Shown here: in pieces, positions 36,746-44,195 of the stretch
How the letters are laid out: the number at the start of each line of letters is the position of its first letter
How positions within the stretch are numbered: position 1 is the stretch's first letter
Assembly (NCBI GenBank): GCA_965249625.1
Contig: OZ252246.1
Span: 2,258,236-2,322,235 of the forward strand
DNA length: 64,000 nucleotides
Origin: Nitrospinales bacterium
GTDB taxonomy: Bacteria > Nitrospinota > Nitrospinia > Nitrospinales > VA-1
Direction of reading: 5' to 3'
Position numbers and translations under genes: made by a program
Notes under the pieces: model-generated
What the model saw: only the letters and a program-made list of their open reading frames with translations
What the model was told of the DNA's origin: nothing
Database searches by the model: none

Positions 36746-37169
36746 GAGATCTTTTTAAGGTAGTCGTTAGCCGAGCACGCTAACTCAATCAGTTTCCACA
36801 AGATTAATAAAAATCTTGTGGCTTTCATGAGGTCACGTGCCCAGCAAGGTATAATATTATTTTTCATAATACTATTCTCCTGCAATCCCCCTGGCGACCT
36901 TAATAATATGTAAAACATATCATCATTCTGGCCTAACGACCAAGAAGGCTAACACTGGACATCCATTGGATATTCAAGGCTAAACCTAAAGGCAGGCTGA
37001 ATATTGATATCAATGTGATAACAATAGACAAGCTGCATGGAGAACCCTTTCACCAGAAGGTGTAGCCATAATATCAATATGGCTGAAAGGAATCAACCTT
37101 ACCATATGCCTTTAAACCCCTAAATTTGCCCATCAGCTAACCCCTTAAAATTCAACAACCAGATAACCA

Positions 37170-37201
37170 CTGAATCCCAGCTCCAGTGGTCGCGGGTTCT
37201 A
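37170..37201 (+). repeat. Degenerate partial tRNA-His copy (att-like remnant)
   Basis: CTGAATCCCAGCTCCAGTGGTCGCGGGTTCTA: AGTGGTCGCGGGTTC (37185-37199) is identical to tRNA-His 32911-32925; it shares TCCAG..GGTCGCGGGTTCTA with the copy at 42271. Confidence 0.55.
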
Positions 37202-37299
37202 CCCCTCCGGGGCATGAACTTACGGAAGAGGATATCGCAGGCTCACGAAGTTAATGTTGGGAGCATTTAAAAGTTTTCAGATACTAGTCGAATACGAAA

Positions 37300-37515
37300 T
37301 TAAAGCGACGAACGTGGAGTTATGATTGGCCCGCCTCCTAACCCCTTCCACATTAAAACGAACAGAGTAATCACCAAAACTATAAAAACAGCCAAAATAA
37401 CCTTGGCTGTTTTACTCATGGCTGGTTCCTGTTTAACTTCATTTTGAGGAGACTCAACTTTTTTATCTTGTTGCATATCGTTGCAGTCCATTTCTGAGAA
37501 GGAGATGGGAAACAA
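37300..37515 (-). CDS. Small single-pass membrane protein (hypothetical)
   Basis: ORF with one strongly hydrophobic segment (AKVILAVFIVLVITLFVLMW); start uncertain; no homology recognised. Confidence 0.35.
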   Translation of the reverse strand: MFPISFSEMDCNDMQQDKKVESPQNEVKQEPAMSKTAKVILAVFIVLVITLFVLMWKGLGGGPIITPRSSL

Positions 37516-37731
37516 AATTGCTTATGAGGCCAAAGTTATAATTCACCTTTTTACTCGGCACCCAACGCCCACGATACAATGTAGCACTATTCATGGTAGT
37601 GTGTCTGCAGTGAATGGGAGTGACACAAATAGTTAAAAAAATAATTAGGTACTAGTCATGGTCATTTTAAATTTAGTATTAAATTTTGCGGCAAAGTTGG
37701 GAGAAACCAGGTGGTAAAGCCAACTGAGACG

Positions 37732-39213
37732 ATGGCCGACCCTACCCGCCCGCACTTCAACTTCGATAACAGCTTCGCCCGCAGCCTTGAAGGCTTTTTC
37801 AAGTTCTGCCAGGCAGAACCTGCGGCCGCCCCGAAACTGCTGCAGTTCAACCATGCCCTGGCCGAGGAGCTCGGCCTTGATCCCGTCGCGCTCGATTCGG
37901 AAGCAGGTTTGGCGATTTTTTCTGGCAATGCAACACCCGAGGGCTCGGAACCGCTAGCCCAGGCTTATGCCGGGCACCAGTTTGGCGGGTTCGCACCGCA
38001 GCTGGGGGATGGACGCGCGCTTCTTCTCGGTGAGGTGATCGACACCCAACAACGACGCCGCGATATCCAGCTAAAAGGATCGGGCCGCACCCCGTTCTCT
38101 CGCGGCGGAGATGGCAAGGCGGCTATTGGCCCAGTGTTGCGCGAATACCTGATCGGGGAGAGCATGCATGCGCTCGGCATCCCGACTACACGCGCCCTGG
38201 CGGCCGTTACCACCGGGGAGGCCGTCTATCGGGAATTCCCTCTACCCGGTGCTATTCTCACCCGGGTTGCGGCTAGCCACATCCGCGTCGGGACCTTCGA
38301 GTTTGGTGCTGCACACGGTGACGTCGACAAAGTCCGTGCACTTGCCGATTATGCCATTCAGCGACACTACCCCGAAATAGCCGATGCGGAAAACCCATAT
38401 CTGTCATTCTTCGCGGCCGTCACCGATGCCCAGGCCGCCCTGGTGGCGCGCTGGATGAATATCGGTTTCATCCACGGGGTGATGAACACCGACAACATGA
38501 CGATCTCCGGCGAGACCATCGACTACGGGCCCTGCGCTTTTATGGACAGCTATGCGCCGGGCACGGTGTTCAGCTCGATCGACCACCACGGCCGCTATGC
38601 CTATGCTAACCAGCCGGTGATCCTGGCCTGGAACCTGACCCGATTGGCGGAAACGCTGGTCCGGTTTGTCGATCCCGACAAGGACCGGGCCATCGAATTG
38701 CTGACCGAAACGATCGAGCGTATTCAGCCACTCTATGAGACTTACTGGCTGGCCGGAATGCGGTCCAAGATCGGTTTGTCGACGGAAGATCCTCTCGACC
38801 TGGAACTGATCAACGATCTGCTATCGGTGATGGAAGACGGACATGCAGATTTCACCCTCGTCTTCCGCCGTCTCTCCCAAGCCTTGCGCGGTGATAGCGA
38901 CGCGGTACGACACTTGTTCAAAGAACCTGCTGCCTTCGATGTCTGGGCGCAGCGTTGGCGAAAGCGCCTGGAACGGGATGGAATTGCAGCGGAGACTGGC
39001 GCTAAGGCGATGGACCGGGTCAATCCGATTTATATCCCGCGAAACCATAAGGTCGAAGAAGCCCTTGCCGCCGCCAATCGGGATGACATGATGCCCTTCT
39101 CGGAGCTGCTGGCCGTTTTAAGCCATCCCTTCGACGAGGTCGCGGGCAACGAAGCTTATGCCGCGCCGGCGCCGGTTACGGACAGACCCTACAAGACGTT
39201 CTGCGGGACCTGA
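37732..39213 (+). CDS. selO: Protein adenylyltransferase SelO (YdiU family)
   Basis: FNFDNSFARSL, AYAGHQFGGFAPQLGDGRA, KGSGRTPFSRGGDGKA, HGVMNTDNMTISGETIDYGP are SelO hallmarks; start at the ATG 37732 or the GTG 37711. Confidence 0.9.
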   Translation: MADPTRPHFNFDNSFARSLEGFFKFCQAEPAAAPKLLQFNHALAEELGLDPVALDSEAGLAIFSGNATPEGSEPLAQAYAGHQFGGFAPQLGDGRALLLGEVIDTQQRRRDIQLKGSGRTPFSRGGDGKAAIGPVLREYLIGESMHALGIPTTRALAAVTTGEAVYREFPLPGAILTRVAASHIRVGTFEFGAAHGDVDKVRALADYAIQRHYPEIADAENPYLSFFAAVTDAQAALVARWMNIGFIHGVMNTDNMTISGETIDYGPCAFMDSYAPGTVFSSIDHHGRYAYANQPVILAWNLTRLAETLVRFVDPDKDRAIELLTETIERIQPLYETYWLAGMRSKIGLSTEDPLDLELINDLLSVMEDGHADFTLVFRRLSQALRGDSDAVRHLFKEPAAFDVWAQRWRKRLERDGIAAETGAKAMDRVNPIYIPRNHKVEEALAAANRDDMMPFSELLAVLSHPFDEVAGNEAYAAPAPVTDRPYKTFCGT

Positions 39214-39264
39214 TGGTGATAGTAATCGTCCCAAACTAGTGCAACTTATGCGGGAAGATCATTT

Positions 39265-41046
39265 ATGAACCAGGAACAGGTTGCGATTTTTTCAATTCTT
39301 GCCGGTGTTCTTGCTCTGTTCGCGTGGGGAAGAATCCGTTATGACGTGGTCGCTTTCATAGCGCTCATCCTGTGCGTTTTTCTACACCTGGTTCCTGCTC
39401 AGGATGCCTTTTCCGGTTTTTCCCATCCAGCGACGATCACCGTCGCAGTGGTACTTATCCTCAGTCGGGGTCTGGCCAATTCCGGCGCGGTGGACTTGCT
39501 CGTGAAAACTGTGATGTTCACTGTCAAGCGAGTTTCTCTTCATGTGGCTGTGCTTTCCGGGGTCTCGGCGTTATTTTCCATGGTGATGAACAATGTCGGC
39601 GCTTTGGCCCTTTTGATGCCGGTGGGGATTGAATCTTCCAAGAAAACCAAACGATCGCCTGCAGTGATTCTGATGCCGATGTCCTTTGCATCCATCCTGG
39701 GTGGTCTTGTTACTCTCATTGGAACCCCGCCAAACATCATCATCGCCAACTTTCGCGCGGATGTGAAAGGAGAGCCATTTACAATGTTCGATTTCTCGCC
39801 CGTGGGCGGGGTAGTGGCGATCACGGGAGTGGCCTACATCGCATTGGCAGGCTGGAGGATGATTCCCAAAAAACGGCGGGCACGAATCGCCGATGAGGAA
39901 TTGATCGCCATCGATGATTATATTTCCGAAATTCGCGTACCAAAAGATTCAGAATTGATCGGCGTGGCGATGCGGGAACTCGACCAACAGGCGGAAAAGC
40001 TGGATGTCGAGATCGTGGGACTGGTACGGGATAAACGCCGTATCCTGGCCGCGCTTCGTCATGAAGAAATCAACAGCGGAAATATCCTGGTTGTCGAAGC
40101 CGGACCCCAGGAACTTGACAAGTTCGTGACCGAGACCAAACTCGAGTTGGTGACGGGAGACAAAGGGAAAGCTTCCCTCTTGCGCTCAGAAGATACCACG
40201 ACGATGGAAGTCGTCGTGCAGTCGAGTTCACGAATGGAGGGACGAACATTTACCTCGCTTCGACTCAAGAACCGTTACGGTATTCATCTGCTCGGAGTAT
40301 CCCGCCAGGGGACGCCGGTCCACAGACATCTTCCACAAGTGCGGTTTCGTGGTGGTGACGTCCTGCTACTTCAAGGTGATTCCGAAAGTCTTGCAGAGTT
40401 GGTCTCGTCATTAGGCTGTCTCCCGTTGGCCACACGCAGGCTTAATTTAGGAGCCGGAAAAAAGGCTGGGCTTGCAGTAAGTATTTTTGCAGTGGCCATC
40501 GTTGCCGCGACAATGGGGTTGGCCTCACTTCCGATAGCCCTTTCAGCCGCCGCCATTGCAATGGTGCTCTTCAATATCGTACCCGTCCGTGATGTTTACC
40601 GTGAGATCGACTGGCCCGTCGTCGTTCTGCTGGGAGCAATGATTCCAATAGGTGGGGCTCTGGAATCTACCGGAGGGACGGAACGGATCGCCGAAGCGAT
40701 TCTGAGCCTGGGTGCAAATCTGGCTCCCGCCTTCATCCTAGCCCTGATTTTGATCGTTACCATGACCTTGTCCGATGTGATGAACAACGCGGCAACCGCC
40801 GTGGTGATGGCTCCGGTAGCAGTCAGCATTGCCGGACAACTCGGTGTCAACATCGATCCGTTCCTCATGGCCGTCGCCGTGGGTGCCTCGTGCGCCTTTC
40901 TCACCCCCATTGGACATCAGAACAACACATTGATCATGGGCCCAGCGGGATACAAGTTCGGCGATTACTGGCGCATGGGATTGCCGCTGGAAATTTTAAT
41001 TACAGTCCTTGCCGTTCCCATGATCCTCATTGTCTGGCCTCTCTGA
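39265..41046 (+). CDS. SLC13/DASS-family permease with two internal TrkA-C (RCK_C) domains
   Basis: Polytopic N- and C-terminal halves (NNVGALALLMPV, SDVMNNAATAVVMAPV) separated by about 200 aa of soluble repeat (YISEIRVPKDSELIG..., MEVVVQSSSRMEGRT...). Confidence 0.85.
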   Translation: MNQEQVAIFSILAGVLALFAWGRIRYDVVAFIALILCVFLHLVPAQDAFSGFSHPATITVAVVLILSRGLANSGAVDLLVKTVMFTVKRVSLHVAVLSGVSALFSMVMNNVGALALLMPVGIESSKKTKRSPAVILMPMSFASILGGLVTLIGTPPNIIIANFRADVKGEPFTMFDFSPVGGVVAITGVAYIALAGWRMIPKKRRARIADEELIAIDDYISEIRVPKDSELIGVAMRELDQQAEKLDVEIVGLVRDKRRILAALRHEEINSGNILVVEAGPQELDKFVTETKLELVTGDKGKASLLRSEDTTTMEVVVQSSSRMEGRTFTSLRLKNRYGIHLLGVSRQGTPVHRHLPQVRFRGGDVLLLQGDSESLAELVSSLGCLPLATRRLNLGAGKKAGLAVSIFAVAIVAATMGLASLPIALSAAAIAMVLFNIVPVRDVYREIDWPVVVLLGAMIPIGGALESTGGTERIAEAILSLGANLAPAFILALILIVTMTLSDVMNNAATAVVMAPVAVSIAGQLGVNIDPFLMAVAVGASCAFLTPIGHQNNTLIMGPAGYKFGDYWRMGLPLEILITVLAVPMILIVWPL

Positions 41047-41184
41047 ATTTTTCGCACTTTAAAAAATTCCTTTTCAATTTATTTTTTTTCTTCCTGGCTA
41101 GTTACCAATCCTTTCCTTTCCAAAACATTTTTCAAGGCTTCAAGCAGTTTTCACATACATCAATTGGAAACAGATTCAAAAGCC

Positions 41185-42078
41185 TCATATTTCCAAAGCA
41201 AGGTCAAGAGCTCGTTGCTTAATTTTGGCATTCGAACCAAACCAAGCCTGCCGCAGGCGATAGTCTTTAGTAGATCCGAGTTGGTGATCGATAATGTAGA
41301 TAACCGCATTCAATAACCCCCAAGCGGTCATTTCAGCAGATTCAAGATCCTGTCCCGGTGCCTGGGAGAAAGCCTCAATCGCTAACTTTGTGTTTTTCTC
41401 CGCAAGTTCATCCAATTCTTTCTCACCGATTACAGAAACGCCTTCAAGGGTATCCGGCTGAAAAACTTCAAACAGATACCTCCAGGCTATTGGTTCATCC
41501 AGCTTTTTATCTGACAGGTCCCGAGCAACATTTGCAAAAGCAGTAATCGCCTCGCGCCCTGGAACGATGATGTCATTTACTTTTTGCTTCATCTTATCAT
41601 CGAATTTTTGTGGCTTCTCGTTCTTAAATGGAAAGGCAGGTTTAAACGTACTTCTGAAAATATTTTTCATGTGGGATTTGGCATTGGAAACAATCTTTAA
41701 CATACTATGACAACTTTCCCGCACGGTGAGAAACTGAATTTCAATCCTTTCCCTACCATCATTCCGCGAGGCCAACAAGACGTAACCCTTTACCTTGTCT
41801 CCTCCCCGCAAAGTGAAATCTTCATTCAAACAGGCAAGGCTCCAAAGTATTCTTGCATTATCAAGGCCGCCTACAGTTTCGATTTTGGCCTTGGCAACCT
41901 CAAAAAAGGCTTTGAAGAACCTAATCGTTTCCTGATTGCCGTAGGATATTGGCCGCTGAGAAGGAACTCTTTTAACCTCCCAATCGAGCTTAGCCTTGTA
42001 CAACATTTCAGCAGCGGAATCGTTTTTGTCGACATCCGCACCGATACCATGCCAGGGTTTTTGATTCGATACTTCCAT
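41185..42078 (-). CDS. DUF932 domain-containing protein (phage/plasmid/ICE-associated family)
   Basis: NQKPWHGIGADVDKNDSAAEMLYKAKLDWEVKRVP matches the DUF932 N-terminal pattern; start uncertain (ATG 42078 or GTG 42153; no clear SD for either). Confidence 0.7.
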   Translation of the reverse strand: MEVSNQKPWHGIGADVDKNDSAAEMLYKAKLDWEVKRVPSQRPISYGNQETIRFFKAFFEVAKAKIETVGGLDNARILWSLACLNEDFTLRGGDKVKGYVLLASRNDGRERIEIQFLTVRESCHSMLKIVSNAKSHMKNIFRSTFKPAFPFKNEKPQKFDDKMKQKVNDIIVPGREAITAFANVARDLSDKKLDEPIAWRYLFEVFQPDTLEGVSVIGEKELDELAEKNTKLAIEAFSQAPGQDLESAEMTAWGLLNAVIYIIDHQLGSTKDYRLRQAWFGSNAKIKQRALDLALEI

Positions 42079-42270
42079 ATTTATAATCCACAGAAATAAG
42101 AAGGCCGCAGTAGGACAAGCAGGAATAGAAAGAAAAGTTTCTTCACTAGCCACCTCGTTGTATTTGGAATACCAATGCTATTTCAGCAGGAGAATATTGT
42201 CAATCTGGGGAGATTTTAGAACAAAATTAGGGGGATTAAAACTTCAAAAGAATCAATGGTCGAACCCTTA

Positions 42271-42317
42271 CTGGATTGTGGCTCCAGGGGTCGCGGGTTC
42301 TAGGCCCGTCGCTCTGA
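42271..42317 (+). repeat. Partial tRNA-His copy (anticodon arm to 3' end), att-like island boundary
   Basis: CTGGA-TTGTGGC-TCCAG GGGTC GCGGG-TTCTAGG-CCCGT CGCTCTG A aligns with tRNA-His 32896-32943; the anticodon stem differs by compensatory changes; no D arm or 5' acceptor. Confidence 0.65.
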
Positions 42318-42612
42318 CAATGGGCCAGAGTTTACAGCAAAAGCTGTCAGGTACTGGTTGGAACGATTGGGCGTTCAAACACTGTTTATCGAACCAGGAA
42401 GTCCCTGGGAGAATGGTTATAATGAATCGTTCAATGGAAAACTTAGAGATGAGTCGTTAAATGGAGAAATCTTCACAACTTTGCTGGAAGCTCAGATACT
42501 GATTGAAAACTGGAGGGAGGAATATAACCAATTTCGACCACATAGCTCACTGAATTATCGGCCTCCAGCACCAGAGGCTATACAGCCCGTGAAGGTGGAA
42601 ATACTAACTTAA
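42313..42612 (+). pseudogene. 3' fragment of an rve-domain (IS3-like) DDE transposase
   Basis: SDNGPEFTAKAVRYWLERLGVQTLFIEPGSPWENGYNESFNGKLRDESLNGEIF...RPHSSLNYRPPAPE; the N-terminal two-thirds are missing; the fragment starts at the tRNA-His remnant. Confidence 0.75.
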
Positions 42613-42701
42613 AAAGTGGTACAACTAACTGGGGCAGGTCAATGGATGGTCTAATTATAGCAAAATCGGGATATTCGGAAGGCTGAAAATTCATAAGTGG
42701 T

Positions 42702-43046
42702 GTGAGTAAAGGAGAAGTCATGATGCGAATGCTAATAATAGGATTTATCAGTGTCTTAGGTATTTTTTTTATAGGGTTAGAATCAACTGCCTTTGCCCTT
42801 AAGGAAAAAGGGACGATTACCAGAGAATTTGTTGGTTGTCTAACAGAATCTGATCTGGATGAATTCATAAACTACACTTCTAGAAAGGATTTTGATGGAA
42901 TGCGAGCATTGTTGGGGAAAGTTTGCTTCTCACTTAATGGTAAAAGATATTCGGTGATAGACCTAGGTTTCATCAGAGTTAAATTAAGAGTTTATATGGG
43001 AGGAGACTCTATAGCATTGTGGACTGTCACAGAGGCAATTAAATAG
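42702..43046 (+). CDS. Small secreted hypothetical protein
   Basis: 114-aa ORF with an N-terminal hydrophobic signal-like segment (MRMLIIGFISVLGIFFIGLESTAFA); no domain recognised. Confidence 0.4.
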   Translation: MSKGEVMMRMLIIGFISVLGIFFIGLESTAFALKEKGTITREFVGCLTESDLDEFINYTSRKDFDGMRALLGKVCFSLNGKRYSVIDLGFIRVKLRVYMGGDSIALWTVTEAIK

Positions 43047-43356
43047 AAGTAGACGCCCGCATTGTAGAACTCCGACCCGAACCAAACAGAAAATCGTTTA
43101 GCTTTCGTGCTGGTTTTTATTCAAGATGATTTAATGTCAAATTAAAGGAGACAAAATGGACGATGCAGTGTCAATTGCTATAAATGCGATGATTGGGTAT
43201 GGTTTTTTGCTGTGATTATTGCGGCGGTAACAGGAATTGTTATTGGCAAAGATGCAAGTAGCAGAGGAATGAGTGGTCTTGGGTGGGGAATATTCACATT
43301 CGCCCTTTGCATAGTGGCTCTTCCCTTGTATCTGGTTGTCAGAAAGCCCAGACTAG

Positions 43357-43734
43357 ATGAGAAAGTCGACTAACCAACAGAAGCCTCACTTGATGTGGAG
43401 ACTTCTCCTAGTTTTCGGATTAGTAGGCTTTGCTCTTATTGAAAATAACCCAATTGTAAAAATAGAAGCATTTATAGGGCTATCCCCTTCACCCATAGAA
43501 CGTATCTTGGGAGTGAAAAGCCTATTTAGCGGTATGACTGCAGGGGTGCATCATTTTGTTAAATTAAACTTAATATCTTCAGTTAAAGCCAATGTATTTG
43601 CACCGTTAGTAATCCCTATCGTAATATATTATCTGTTATCCTGGAACGTTCCTAAAATTGATTCCAGGGAAAAGGAAATCATATTCTTTTCGGTCTTTGT
43701 TGGGCTTTCGGTGATTGTCAATATTGCTAATTGA
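43357..43734 (+). CDS. Hypothetical membrane protein
   Basis: 125-aa ORF with three or four hydrophobic segments; 4-nt overlap with the next ORF. Confidence 0.45.
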   Translation: MRKSTNQQKPHLMWRLLLVFGLVGFALIENNPIVKIEAFIGLSPSPIERILGVKSLFSGMTAGVHHFVKLNLISSVKANVFAPLVIPIVIYYLLSWNVPKIDSREKEIIFFSVFVGLSVIVNIAN

Positions 43735-43826
43735 AAGCATGTCATCGAAGCATTAAGAATATGTACCTATTTTTCACTTTCCACTTAGAACTGAATCTAA
43801 ACAGATCAATGATTCATGGGTTTAAA

Positions 43827-44195
43827 ATGATTAATATTATTTCAGGTTTAGTTTTTGCTTTATTTTTCGCATTAGGCATTATCGCTTTACCGTCATCACC
43901 TGATGCAGAAGAACAGCATGCCTTTGGGAGATGGTGCGATTCAATATTACCTAATACAAATAAAATGAATCGTGTCATCACTATTGTCCTGCCTGAAGAA
44001 GGTATGCCACGGGCAAAAGTAGAATACTTTGATGGCTCTGTAGGTGACGAGCAATTGACAGATTTAGGAAACGGCATTTTCAAAATCAACGGCAGACCTT
44101 CAGGGGATAAATATCGAATTGCGCCAAACATAGACTTCTTGAGTTCAAGTTGTAAGTGCAACTTTGATGGTCGATTAAGAGGCAAGCTGGGATAA
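43827..44195 (+). CDS. Hypothetical secreted protein whose 3' end runs into the IS30 left repeat
   Basis: Signal-like MINIISGLVFALFFALGIIALPSSPDA; the last 17 codons (from 44144) lie inside the IS30 element, so the native C-terminus is probably lost. Confidence 0.35.
   Translation: MINIISGLVFALFFALGIIALPSSPDAEEQHAFGRWCDSILPNTNKMNRVITIVLPEEGMPRAKVEYFDGSVGDEQLTDLGNGIFKINGRPSGDKYRIAPNIDFLSSSCKCNFDGRLRGKLG

Noticed and set aside
36667-36918. 83-aa ORF overlapping the RT start on the same strand
   Set aside because: - It has no SD and an unremarkable hydrophobic or odd composition.
- It overlaps the RT start in another frame and spans the two leader hairpins.
- I treat it as part of the non-coding leader, though a small leader peptide cannot be excluded.
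36746-37150. Diversity-generating retroelement (template repeat next to the RT, variable repeat in a target gene), suggested by the GxxxSQ motif B of the RT
   Set aside because: - I could not find any second copy of a 36.7-37.2 kb segment elsewhere in the window.
- I found no Avd-like gene and no target ORF with a C-terminal repeat.
- Eye scanning cannot fully exclude adenine-mismatched repeats, so a computational TR/VR search is still advisable.
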